A program made the position numbers and the translations under genes. The notes beneath the pieces were generated by a model, which worked only from the letters and a program-made list of their open reading frames with translations, was not told where the DNA came from and searched no databases. DNA of 63,824 bases, the filler included, from Reclinomonas americana ATCC 50394 (Eukaryota): the NCBI GenBank assembly GCA_048213135.1. It is 5 parts of 5 records of this genome, joined end to end, with 100 filler letters (N's around TTAATTAATTAA, not from the genome) between each part and the next. Parts side by side here need not be neighbours in the genome. Positions count along the whole stretch, not along the records: positions 18,281 to 47,033 come from PS015431.1; positions 47,134 to 51,992 come from PS015434.1; 3 more parts are not named here. One strand, 5' to 3'. Positions 38,001 through 50,204 of this stretch are shown here, piece after piece; positions within the stretch are counted from its first letter, which is position 1; each line of letters starts with the position of its first letter.

Positions 38001-41000
38001 GCCGCGACACAGGCGGCAGCTGAGCGCGACCGGCTGCGTGGCGAGTTGCACCGTGCACGCTCGGAGATTGAGGCGCACCGCGCCACCATTCTGGATCTCA
38101 CGGGCGAGCGCAACCGCTTGCTCGATGAGATTGAGCGACTGAAGCGCGAGTACGTGCTGGAGATCGATCGCGTGCTGCTGGAGGTGCAGCAGCTGCAGCA
38201 GATGTTGGCCGACCGCACANNNNNNNNNNNNNNNNNNNNNNNNNNNNNNNNNNNNNNNNNNNNNNNNNNNNNNNNNNNNNNNNNNNNNNNNNNNNNNNNN
38301 NNNNNNNNNNNNNNNNNNNNNNNNNNNNNNNNNNNNNNNNNNNNNNNNNNNNNNNNNNNNNNNNNNNNNNNNNNNNNNNNNNNNNNNNNNNNNNNNNNNN
38401 NNNNNNNNNNNNNNNNNNNNNNNNNNNNNNNNNNNNNNNNNNNNNNNNNNNNNNNNNNNNNNNNNNNNNNNNNNNNNNNNNNNNNNNNNNNNNNNNTCGA
38501 GCAGCTGGAGAAGGTCATTGACGAGCTGCGCAAGCAGCTGCAGACGGCACTTGCAGAGCGCGACGATGCCCGGCTGCAGCTGATGGTGGCTCTGGAGCAG
38601 CTGCGACACTTGAGTCAGGTGAAGGGCCGCGTGCAGGACCAGCGCGATGCGGTGGAAGCGGAACTGGACGACACAGTCAAGGAGCGCAACCAGAAGAATG
38701 CCGAGGCCAATGCGGCCATTGCACAGCTGGACTCGTGCAACAAGTTCCGCGGACGCACCATTCAGCAACTGGAGGATGACCGTGACAACCTGCAGCGTCG
38801 TGTGGACTTGCTGGTACGTACAAATAAGTCATCCTGAGCCGGAAGTAGTGATGAGCTGATCGTTTGTTTGTGGCAGACTCCGCGTACGTTGATGGTGGAA
38901 ATGTGGAGCAACCGACAGATCCCGGTGACGGTGAATGGTCTCACGCCGGTGCGCAAGATTCGTGAGCAGACGGCCAAGGCCGCCGGCCTGCCCAAGTCGA
39001 CTGCGCGGTACATGTCGATCGCCGATGCTGGCCGCGTGCTGCCGATGGATCCGGCCCTGACAGTGGCTGACGCCGGCATTCTGCACACGCCAGTGGTGCA
39101 AGCGGTGCGTGATCACTCCCGAGAGTTGATAATGGATCTATGGGCGCGAATTTGCTCACTGACGTGATATTTGCAGTCGCTCGACTCGTACGCCGTGGAT
39201 GTGAGTTCGCCAAGCGGTATCAAGACTCGCCTCACCGACGTGACTCGTTGCGTGTGCTCTGCTTGCTTCGCGTCACACATATTATTATGCTTACGGGTTC
39301 ATGACATGCATGTCTGCAGCTTCGGATCCGATCCGACGGCTCAAGCACGCCGTGTTGGCGCTGGAGACGGTGTCGGTGGACTATGTGGATCACGTGCAGC
39401 TCCTGGGTCGCAATCTGGCCCCCATCGATGGGCCGGACGACGAGACGTGCGGCGCTGCTGGCATCGAGCACAACTCGGTGGTCGGAGCGGTGCGTTGTCA
39501 TTGTTTTGATCGTTTCTATTCGTGATGCGCTACTGATGTTCGCACGCGAAACAGCGCTGGAAGGAGATGCCGCTGAATCTGCGCACGTGGACCGGCCGCC
39601 AGGAGACGCTCTCTGTGAAGCGTTGCGTGATTGTCTGCGTTGTTTGTTGGCACCTGTATGTGTGTTTTCCCAACAAATGTTTCTCCGCTCTTCGCGCAGC
39701 GGTGACGCAACTGGAGGCGCTGGAGAACCACGTGGTGCAGTGCGAGAGCCTGCCCAAGACGTCGATTCCGTACATTTTCTTCCGCCACGGCACGCGCGAC
39801 ATTCCAAAGGAGCCGTCGATGCGTCTCGCCGATCTGGGTCTCAAGGGCGGCGAGATCCTCACTGCCGTTTCGTGCACCGAGTGCGGAAGCGCCTTGTTGC
39901 TGTGTTGTTGCTGACACGCACGCACACCTGTGTGTACACGCAGACTCTGACGACGCTGTCGGTGGACGTGGTGACACCGTCGGCCACCACGCTGCGCATC
40001 ACCAGCCTGCGTCGTGAGTACAATGCCTTGTTGTGCGTGTGCACAATGTTGTCACTCACTGATGCTGGCGACTGCAGCGACGCACACGATCNNNNNNNNN
40101 NNNNNNNNNNNNNNNNNNNNNNNNNNNNNNNNNNNNNNNNNNNNNNNNNNNNNNNNNNNNNNNNNNNNNNNNNNNNNNNNNNNNNNNNNNNNNNNNNNNN
40201 NNNNNNNNNNNNNNNNNNNNNNNNNNNNNNNNNNNNNNNNNNNNNNNNNNNNNNNNNNNNNNNNNNNNNNNNNNNNNNNNNNNNNNNNNNNNNNNNNNNN
40301 NNNNNNNNNNNNNNNNNNNNNNNNNNNNNNNNNNNNNNNNNNNNNNNNNNNNNNNNNNNNNNNNNNNNNNNNNNNNNNNNNNNNNNNNNNNNNNNNNNNN
40401 NNNNNNNNNNNNNNNNNNNNNNNNNNNNNNNNNNNNNNNNNNNNNNNNNNNNNNNNNNNNNNNNNNNNNNNNNNNNNNNNNNNNNNNNNNNNNNNTACAG
40501 ACATTGGGAGGGGAGCTGCAATCGTTTATATGTGTGTTCTGACCATGGTCGTGATGCCGCAGCCAACGAAACTGTGCTGTCACTGAAGGAGCGTGTGTGC
40601 CGCGATGAGGGCATGTTGGCAAGCTCGGCCCCGTTCCTTGTCTTGTCGGCATTTGATGGAGCTGTGCTTCCGGGCAACGACGCCAGCTCGCTGCTGCAGG
40701 CCGGCCTGAAACCCAAGTGGGTTCTGCGAGCGGTGAGTGTGTGGTTTGCGGCGATAAGTGTGAAAGGAAATAACTGCTCACTGAACTCGGTGCTGATTGC
40801 AGAACTGGTCGACGCGCAAGCTCCCAGTCAAGACGTGGATGCAGCGCGTGCACGAGATCGAAGTCTCTCGTGCGTCATTTTCTACGATTCCTCTCTCTCT
40901 CTCAACCCCATCAATGCTGATTCTTGCTTCTCCGAACTGTGCAGCCACCACCACGATCCAGGAGGTGTGCGAGATGGTGGCGGCAGCCGAGAGTGTGCAG

Positions 41001-44000
41001 GAGGCGTCGGTGCAGTATGTGCGTGTGGCCCATGGCGACCGCAAGCTGGGCGAGAACCCGGATCTTACTCTTGGCGAGGCCGACCTGCTGGAGGCCGCTC
41101 AGCTCGACGCAGTTGCGTAGCCACATTGAGTGTTTCTTGTTGTTTGTCGCACGACTCAACATGGCTTCCAATCTGCACAGACCCTGGAGCAGCCAACACG
41201 CGCGAAATCGAAGCGCAGTGACCTGTTTGGTCAAAAGTCGCACGACGTTGGAGAGCGGCGTGGTGCCATGGCCGCCGCGCAGGCTGCGTTCGTCAACTAC
41301 TTTGACAACGACGACGACGACACTACCGATCAGATTGTGCCTCCGTCCATGCCCAAGTTTACACCTGGCAACCCATACCACTTCCGTGTGCGCTCCAGGA
41401 AGCGCCGCTCAAAGGTTTCAGGCAACTCGGTACGTGTGTGCCTGCGCCATGCTTGTCTGCGTCCCCAGTTTCGTGTTGGTGACGTACATTTTTCCCCTCT
41501 TCTTTTTTGCAGTATCCACTGGATCCGCAGTTCAAGGTCGTGCTGCTCGGTGAGTGTGTGTTCATGTACACTCCACCCCGTGCCGTGGTGCTCACTCACA
41601 TCTCGCGCCACAGAGACGGAGATGAGCGCGACCTTTGTCGATTTCTGGGGCTTTGTCACGGTGCTGCAGCGCTTCTCCAACCAGAGCAGCTTGTCGGCAG
41701 CCTTCCAGTATGTGTTCCCGAAGCTGCGCCCGAGCATGACTCTCTGCACCTACTCGATGTTCCTCAACAATGTCGAGCACCAGGTGAGTGTCTCCTTCGT
41801 GTTGCTGCTTGCCTGCCTGCGCACCGCGTTGCTGCTCACCCTTTCGTCTCGCAGTGCACGGTGCAAAAGCGCCCGCAGCTGTTCGAGGAGTTCGACAATG
41901 AGGGCGAGAACAACGAACTCGCGGCACTCATCAGTGCCAGTGACGAGGAGGTGTTCCTGATGGACGTGGGCCGCATGGATCCCAACGACGAGCTGATCAT
42001 CAAGGTCACGTACGCCATTGAGGCGCAGTACGACGCCGCGTCTCGGTCTCTGATGGCTGCGATTCCTCTGGGACCCCTGCCCGACTCTCACCGGTTTGTT
42101 TGTGCACAAGACGAACCGCATTCACATTTTGTCCACTCACACGCACACAGTGGCACTCCTGGTCGCGAGTTGTTCGACCTGACGTGGAACATGTCGCCAA
42201 CCATTCTCGACGTCCAGTCGCCGTCGCACACCCTGATGCTGAAGCAGACGGAGCATTCGGTGCGTGTGTGTCGCTTCCCTGTTATGGTGCGGAGCATGGA
42301 CTGAACCCGCCGCCGTGTTTCCTTTTTTTGTGTGTGCAGGCCACTGCCATCGCTGTAGCCGGCGATGCGCCGCAGGCGTACGCCGTCGTCAACCTGTATG
42401 TGCGCGACATGCCGTTCCCGCTCTGCACTGTCTTCAAGCACCCGAGCATCCAAGCACGCGACGGCTCCTCGCACTGCCTGGGCATTGCGCTTGTGCCGCC
42501 GAGCGACATTGCCCCGTCCGACATCAACACCGAGGTGGTCTTCATTGTCGACTGCAGTTGCGTCGGCACGCTGATGGGTGTTGGCGATTCATTCACGCAC
42601 GCACGCACTCACTTGCCATCTTCACCACACGCAGGTGGCTCGATGGAGGGCTCGCGTATTGCGGCCGCCCGTATGGCTCTGATGCTGTTTATTCAAAGTC
42701 TCGCCGAAGGCGTCTCTTTCACGATTGTCAAGTGCGTCGGCTGTCGGTGCACAGAGTCTCGTGTGTGTGGTGCTGACTATATTTGTGGCGGCTGGCAGGT
42801 TCGGATCAACGCACGAATTCCTGTGGCCGGAGACGCGACCCAACACCGAGATCACCAACGAAGAGGCGCGCCAGTTCTGCATGCAGCTCAATGCTGACAT
42901 GCAGGGCACGCACCTCGGCCCGGTGTTGGAGGAGATTCATCGCATGCCGGCTGTGGAGGGCAAGAGTCGCCAGGTGTTTGTGTTGACCGACGGACGTGTG
43001 AAGCACAAGCCGGGCTGCCTCGAACTTGGTGCGTGTGTGTGTGTCTGTCTGTCTGTCTGTGCTCGAGCGCCTCCTCTCCATGCTGCCAGTCGACTCACTG
43101 TACCACACTCGCATGCAGTTCGAGCCATGTCCACGACCACTCGTGTGTTTGCTGTGGGTATCGGAGACGAGGTCGACACGCACTTGGTGGTGGAGATGGC
43201 GCGTCTCGGCAATGGCCAGCACGCCTTTGTGGAAATCGACGAGGATGTGGATGTGTTGTCGGAGGTCGTCGTGCAGCAACTCACGGGTGCGTCACTGGGT
43301 TTGGTGTCACTGCCAAGATTGTTTGCCTCACTCACTCACACACACAGCTGCCCATGTGCCTTGCCTCATTGGTACGCGACTGGAGTTCAACTCGCAGCGT
43401 GTGCAACCGCTGTACGAGTATGTACCACCACTGTTTGTCAACTCGCCCACGATCATGTACGCCCACGCACCGGCGCTGTCGGAGCCCCTGTCCTTGGTGT
43501 GCTCGTACACCACAGGCAGTTGCGTACTTGTAATTCTCACACGTACTTCTTCCTCTGTCGTGTCGGTGCTGACTGAATGCACACAGCTCTGGAGCGTAAG
43601 AGCAGTCGTACAGAGGTCAGCTTCCGCGATCCACCTGTTGCCGACTTTACGCACAAGTTGGCCGCCGCACAGCGGACTCGCGATCTCGAGTCTCGCGATG
43701 TGTTTCGTGACCGCTCATTTCCAGTCCCTTTTGTGTCTCCTGTCCACTCATGCCTTTTCATGTTTCTGCGTGTGTGCAGGCCGCGAGAAAAGATCTTCAA
43801 CTTGGCGTTCATGTTTGGCGTTCCCTCGCCGTACACGTGCCTCGTGGTGACCGACATGTCTCCGCAAGCTGGTTTGTGTCACGAGACGAAAATCGCCCCA
43901 GTCACTCACCCTCATCAACTAACGCAAAATGTTGTCGCGCAGCTTCACCGCCTGCCACATACGCCGTGGTACTCAAGTCGCTCATCGAGACCGACAAGAA

Positions 44001-44367
44001 GCCGCGCCGCAACATTATTGTGCGACCAAAGGACGGCTCACCGGTACGTCGGCATGCATTGCCAGCCTGAACAGGGAGAGCTTTCTAATTTTGTTTGTGA
44101 CAGAGTGGTTCACAATCGGCCCGGCGATCCATGTCTGCTATCGGTTCCACACCTCGCGTCGTTTCGTCAAGTGTTGCGCTGTGTTCATGTGTCTTCTCCG
44201 ACTGGGTGTTGACGTCTTGCTTGCAGGTCCGTGGACGCGCCACGAGCGTGGCCGACTCGGCTGAAGGATCGCCGTCGGCGGCGGCGGATGGCACCAGCCT
44301 CATCTCGCCGGCCGGCTCGCGCTCTTCGACGCCATTCAATGGCGTGGACGACGGTTCCGATTCGGCA
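35020..44367 (+). CDS. Giant coiled-coil + tandem ubiquitin-like + VIT + VWA (VWA5A-like) protein; start in gap
   Basis: Heptad-rich exons 35020-38813; UBL-like exons 38877-41111; VIT-like region about 41614-42260; VWA with MIDAS FIVDCSGSM, GT, VFVLTDG and RVFAVGIG. Junctions are frame-consistent GT-AG. Confidence 0.8.
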
Positions 44368-44428
44368 NNNNNNNNNNNNNNNNNNNNCTGCTGCTGCTGC
44401 TGCTGCTGGTCACTCGAGCACGATGAGT

Positions 44429-44842
44429 TTAGGGGCTGAGGAGGGCGGTGCATCCGGGCATGATGAACTCGCGAGCAGCGGTGAGAACCGAGTTGAAGGC
44501 GCGCTTGCTGCCGAGGCGGTTCTTGAGGTTCCACGCGCCCTTGTTGGCAATCAGGCGCCACTTGCGCATGTGCGACGAGAAGTGCAACTCGAGCACAGCC
44601 AGTGCCAGCGCCGTGTACCACAAAATCGAGTCGCCAGAGACCTCTGGCGGCGCCACCGACGCCACTTCGGATTCGGTGTGGCCGGCCATGTACGGCAGGA
44701 GGCTGTTGAGCGACGTCCAGAAGCCGTGCACACTCTGCTCGTACAGCACGCGGCTGAGGTGAACGTTCTCCTCTGCGTGCTGCGCCGAGCCAGGGGGTGA
44801 GCGCTGGCTGCCACTCGACGGCGTCATGATTGGCGTCGACGG
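44429..44842 (-). CDS. VWA5A-type C-terminal domain, probably the last exon of the preceding gene on an inverted contig
   Basis: LYEQSVHGFW...LWYTALALAVLELHF...KWRLIANKGAWNL matches the typical VWA5A/PARP4-like tail (Q..G.W...WATALA..L....W.L...KA..WL). Confidence 0.75.
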   Translation of the reverse strand, partial: PSTPIMTPSSGSQRSPPGSAQHAEENVHLSRVLYEQSVHGFWTSLNSLLPYMAGHTESEVASVAPPEVSGDSILWYTALALAVLELHFSSHMRKWRLIANKGAWNLKNRLGSKRAFNSVLTAAREFIMPGCTALLSP

Positions 44843-45531
44843 NNNNNNNNNNNNNNNNNNNNNNNNNNNNNNNNNNNNNNNNNNNNNNNNNNNNNNNNNN
44901 NNNNNNNNNNNNNNNNNNNNNNNNNNNNNNNNNNNNNNNNNNNNNNNNNNNNNNNNNNNNNNNNNNNNNNNNNNNNNNNNNNNNNNNNNNNNNNNNNNNN
45001 NNNNNNNNNNNNNNNNNNNNNNNNNNNNNNNNNNNNNNNNNNNNNNNNNNNNNNNNNNNNNNNNNNNNNNNNNNNNNNNNNNNNNNNNNNNNNNNNNNNN
45101 NNNNNNNNNNNNNNNNNNNNNNNNNNNNNNNNNNNNNNNNNNNNNNNNNNNNNNNNNNNNNNNNNNNNNNNNNNNNNNNNNNNNNNNNNNNNNNNNNNNN
45201 NNNNNNNNNNNNNNNNNNNNNNNNNNNNNNNNNNNNNNNNNNNNNNNNNNNNNNNNNNNNNNNNNNNNNNNNNNNNNNNNNNNNNNNNNNNNNNNNNNNN
45301 NNNNNNNNNNNNNNNNNNNNNNNNNNNNNNNNNNNNNNNNNNNNNNNNNNNNNNNNNNNNNNNNNNNNNNNNNNNNNNNNNNNNNNNNNNNNNNNNNNNN
45401 NNNNNNNNNNNNNNNNNNNNNCAGCAGCAGCAGCAGTTCCTTTTCTTTAGCAATGCCCACTTTATGTACTCTCATTGTCGTCATCGTCGTCGGTCGTGAG
45501 TTGTCCCACCGCACAAAAGACTTCTCTTTTC

Positions 45532-46563
45532 ATGCCACGGAGCGAGAGTCCACCCGCACATCGCCCCTCGCGACGCCGATCGCGTTCCCGGTCGCCCTCG
45601 CCACGTCGTCGACGTGACGATGACGGCCACGGCCGCGGCCCTCCGCAACATCGCGACTACTCTCCCGACCGCAAGCGGCCTCGTTTCGAGGACGATGGCC
45701 GGCGACCACCTCCACAACGAGACGACGATGATCGACGCGGTGGAGGCGACAGAGGCGACAGAGGAGGTAGGGGAGGAGGAGGACGAGGAGGCAGAGGCAG
45801 AGGCGGGGGCGGACGAGGAAGAGGCGGTCGTCGTCGCACCGAGGACGCTGATGATTCTGCATTCACCTGGGGCAATGCCGAGTTGCGCGCGCACGCACAC
45901 TCGCACTCTCTGCCTCTCACACTCTGTCTCACACACACGCGCACACGCATGCACGCGCGTACGCAGGGTGCTGGCAGAGGAGGAGCGACAAAAAGAAGAA
46001 GACGAAGAGGCGCGAAAAAATCGAGAAAAGCCCAACTTTGAGCGGTCAGGCAAGCTGGTGGAGAACGACGCGACACTGACAGTGGCGGGTGAGGTGCTCA
46101 AGTGGCACGAGCCTCCAGAAGCGCGCATTCCCGACACCAAGTGGCGTCTGTATGTCTTCAAGGGCGAAGATGAAGTCGGCGGTCTGTGCACGACGCGCGC
46201 TTTCTGCATGCGTGCGTGTGTGCGCTCATCATTGTGCGTGCAGAGCCATACAAGCTGCACCGGATGCCAGCGGTGATGTTTGGCCGCGACCGCAAGATTG
46301 TCGACATTCCCACCGACCATCCCTCCTGCAGCAAGCAGCACGCCGTACTCTGCTTCCGCATGCACGAGGAGGTGTCGTTTGACGGCAAGGACGTGCAGCG
46401 CATCATCCGTCCGTACCTCATCGACCTGGAGAGCACCAATGGCACCTACATCAACGGCGACCGCCTGGAAGCGGCGCGGTATTACGAGCTCAAGAGCACC
46501 GATGCGCTCAAGTTTGGACACAGCACGCGCGAGTACGTCTTGCTGCGCGAGGACGAGGACTGA
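45532..46563 (+). CDS. SNIP1: FHA-domain RES-complex splicing factor SNIP1/Pml1/DDL
   Basis: RS/RGG N-terminus, then EKPNFERSGKL, EPPEARIP..KWRLYVFKG, FGRDRKIVDIPTDHPSCSKQHAV, PYLIDLESTNGT and FGHSTREYVLL. Confidence 0.95.
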
Positions 46564-46821
46564 GCGCGGCCGCCCGCGGAGAGCGTGAGGGGTGGGTGGG
46601 TGGGGAAAGGCTACAATTTAAGGCATTTGACGTCGTCCTGCACATTGCAAATCGCACGCACTTCAATTGCAGCCGTCGTCGGTGAGAGCAGCCGCACAAA
46701 CAAAACAGAGGTCTGTCAAAGCAACTCCACTCGTTGACGTGTTGATTTTTTCCAAATTGTCACACCCGTCGTCGTCGATTTTCTTCTTCTTCTTCTTCTC
46801 TTCTTGTTTGCAGCAGCAGCA

Positions 46822-46978
46822 ATGTCGCGTCTCAAAGCTCTGCTGCGCTCACTGGCCGCGCAAAAATCCGGGGCCTCCGAGGGCGCGCCTTCTCCGTCCA
46901 CATTGAACATGCAAAACGCCACGCCCGCGGACTTGCGCCTTGACCGCGACGACTGGAACCGCCTCAGTGAGCTCCTTG
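46822..46978 (+). CDS. First exon of a hypothetical protein truncated at a contig end
   Basis: MSRLKALLRSLAAQK...LSELL followed by a GTGCGC donor and then the spacer gap. Confidence 0.4.
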
Positions 46979-47077
46979 GTGCGCACTCTTCTCCTCTCTG
47001 CCTGTGTAGATTTTGTTGTGGTGGTGGTTGTTGNNNNNNNNNNNNNNNNNNNNNNNNNNNNNNNNNNNNNNNNNNNN

Positions 47078-47089
47078 TTAATTAATTAA
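47078..47089. other. Artificial assembly spacer TTAATTAATTAA
   Basis: Same 12-mer in a 100-nt gap. Confidence 0.95.
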
Positions 47090-47244
47090 NNNNNNNNNNN
47101 NNNNNNNNNNNNNNNNNNNNNNNNNNNNNNNNNCCCCCCTCCTCCTTATCCCCATCCTGTTCAATTACACAACACCATTAAAGAAGCAACGTTAACTTCA
47201 ACGACCGACGGAGTCCATGTCCCCCGATCGGAGATTTGAACATC

Positions 47245-48153
47245 ATGACCGACGAGGAGCGAAAGCAAGTCGAGGTGCACTGTGAGTGCTCTTGTGATAA
47301 CAAAGAGAAAAACTGACTCTTTTCTTCTCACACACACACACACACAGCACATCGAGCACTTTGTGGAGCTGCATCGACCATCGCCTCTCGACCACGTCTC
47401 CGTGGAGCTCATCACCTCGGCATGCTCATCGCTGCGCACACGCCTGCAGACAGTGAGTAGTGAGAGTGACGATGTCGACCTCGACACATTGTACACGTAT
47501 CGCACGCCCAAGCTGAGCGTCGACGGCACCTGCTCTGCACGACGAGGCGACATGGAGCCGGAGGCCTATGATGTCAGTCGCGCGGGAGTCCTGCACGGAG
47601 GCCGCACCCCGCGCAACACGCACATGCTGCTGCAGTTGAGAGCACTACTGCATGCAGTGCAGGCGGAGACTGGAGTCGGCTGGCTGGGCGTGTACGTGCG
47701 ACGGGAGGCCGCGGAGGGAGTGCGTCGCGATCCGGCACTTGTCAAGCTGTCGTATGTGGGATCGCCCTCGCGTGCTGAGTTCCCGCTCACCGCAGAGTTC
47801 GCCGCACATAGCAACAACAGGTACATGCATGCATGCACAGGCTGGCATCTACTACCGTTGTGCTCATGAGTTGCAGCACTGTGGGTCTCGCGGGCAAGGG
47901 CGTAATCATTCAGTCGGTGCAGGCACACGAGGCAGCAGGTGGCGGCTTCTACGTCTGCGATCCGCACGTCAACAGTGAGGTGTGCTTCCCGCTGCTGGCG
48001 GCCGGCGAAGGCGAAGAAGGCAAGCGGAAGGTGCTGGGCATTATCGATGCCGAGGCGCACGACGAGGACTTTTTCACGCCAGAACGACTGGCGTTCTTTG
48101 TGGCACTCTGTGTGGTGCTTCCGGAGGTTCTTGCGCCGGCGTTTGAGGAGTGA
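47245..48153 (+). CDS. GAF-domain protein related to free methionine-(R)-sulfoxide reductase
   Basis: WLGVY, LVKLSYVGSPSRAEFPLT, SNNSTVGL, FYVCDPHVNSEVCFPL and VLGIIDAE. Two introns; start MTDEERKQVE. Confidence 0.8.
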
Positions 48154-48206
48154 GCGTTGCAACGACGAAGTAAACGTCGCTTGTCTGTCAGTCATCATCG
48201 ATATTC

Positions 48207-50149
48207 ATGTTGAGTGTGTGGAGACATGGTCGTCGCTGGTCGAGCATGTGGTCTTCCATACGCAGTGCAAGTCCTTTCCCACTGGAGCCACACGCACCGG
48301 GCAGTGTGTTTGTGGAGCGCGGAATGCGACATGTGGTGCCGTATTTCGACGACTTGTCGATGCATGCAAAGCGTGAGAGACAACTCCACTCGCGCACTAC
48401 GAGACGCTGCAGATCGCTGACTTGCGTGTGTGTCTCACTGTAGAGCGACACTATGGGCGATCGTTGATCGATGTGTTGCAGAATGAGTGGCGAGTTGAGT
48501 GCATTGTTGATGGTGATCAGTCATTGCGTTCTGATCGTCGGCCTCGCAGACCTTTGATCGGCAGTGGTATACCGCGTCGCTGGCTAACGGGCGCATCCGA
48601 CTGAACGGTCGACTGGCCAGAGGAGGCATGCTCGTGCACCTTGCATAGCGCACTCTCTTGATGTCTCGCTTTCTCATCGAGAGCGCATGCGGCAGACGAG
48701 GTGCTCGGCAACCGCGACGTCATCTCTCAGTTTCTGCATCGCCACGAATCGCCCGTGTTGGCCGTGGAGCCGACGATCATTCGCGTGTACGAATCAGAGC
48801 TGGTCGCCGTCGACAAACCATCGTCGTGGCCTGTGCATCCGTGCGCCGGCAGGTGAGCCCTCTCCTCGCGAGTCAGCAGTGATGTTCTTGCTCATATATG
48901 GTTCGAGGTGCCAGATTTCATCGCAACACTGTCGTCGACTTTATGGCTCGTGTGCTGCAGAGGAACACATATCGTGAGTGTGTTTTGTGACTGTCGCTGC
49001 ATGTGCCGACTGCTGACGGTGATGCAGCTGTGCACCGATTGGATCGGTTGACCTCGGGACTCCTCCTGCTGGCCACCAACGTGACCGCTGCGCGGCGAAT
49101 ATCCGAGTTGGGTGCTTGCTCCCCTGCCTTTTCCTACTGTGCTGTGTTTTGCGAGGATGGAGTGGCTGATGATTTTGGAGTTGCTGTGCAGTTGGTTCGT
49201 CAAGAAGCGCGTACAAAAGTGGTACCTGGCACGAGCGGCAGGCGAGCTGCAGAGCACGTGCGTCGTCAACCTTGTGGCTCGGTGTGCGCGTGTTGATTGC
49301 TCACCGATGACACGTCGCAGTGCGGAATTCGAGATCACCACCGGCCTCGAGTGCATAGACGCGCGTGCCGGAGTGTGGCAGTGCATTTCGGCGGCAGGCC
49401 TCGACGAGTCGCGCACGGCGACGACACGATTTCGCCGTCTCTATTTCGATCACTCCGCGAATGAGACCGTCGTCCTGTGTTGCGTTTGTCGTGCGTGCGA
49501 TGCGAGGGGACAGCTTGGTGGGTGCTGAAACTCGTCGACTGTCATGCACAGGCATGCCAATCACCGGACGAACCCATCAAGTTGCGTTGCGTTGCAAGTT
49601 GTCTTCGCCGTCGGCATGCCAACTCACTCGGGCTGAACGGGGCGACAGATCCGGCTCCACCTGCAACACATCGGCCATCCCCTGGTCGGCGACCCGTGGT
49701 ACGGAGTCGGGCAGACAGCCGCCGATCACGCCATGACAGAAGATGACCGACGAGTCGCCACACGTGCGTTCCCCGGGCCGGGAGTGACCCTGCCACTCCT
49801 CTCCGCTGGCGACAACGACAGCGACAAAGCGCAACAGCAACCGAGCTTGGAGCCACCGTTCCATTTGCAACTGGACTCGAGCGACAGCAAGCGGCAGGGA
49901 GAGGCGATATCTCGCATCTTCCGTCGACTGGTGGCCGAGAATTTTGATCCCCACTGCCCCGTGTGCCACGCCAGCAGTTGCAGCAGCGGGGTACGCGACC
50001 AGTGGATGACGCGACTGGCCGAGCAGCAGCACCACATCTGTCTGCACGCAATGCGTGTATTGCTGCCCGACGGGCGCGTCATCTCCACCAAACTGCCGAC
50101 ATGGGTGGACAGAAGCCAGTTGTCGCCTGCCGACAGCCAATTCCTCTAG
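48207..50149 (+). CDS. RluA-family RNA pseudouridine synthase (RPUSD2/Pus9-like)
   Basis: HVVPY, S4-like NGRIRLNG, HRHE, VDKPSSWPVHP, VHRLDRLTSG (catalytic Asp), [26 protein letters not shown] and ICLHA. The Arg/Ser-rich N-terminus resembles a mitochondrial presequence. Confidence 0.93.
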
Positions 50150-50204
50150 AGAATGTGTAAATGTACACACACACACACACACACTGTATACCGGATTCCT
50201 TCCT

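Noticed and set aside
35173..38768. Long antisense ORFs over the coiled-coil exons, and long ORFs crossing N gaps
   Set aside because: These are shadows of GC-rich codon usage, or artefacts of translating through Ns.
46822..48153. One gene spanning the 47034-47133 gap
   Set aside because: The gap is an artificial join, and the GAF gene has its own plausible ATG at 47245.
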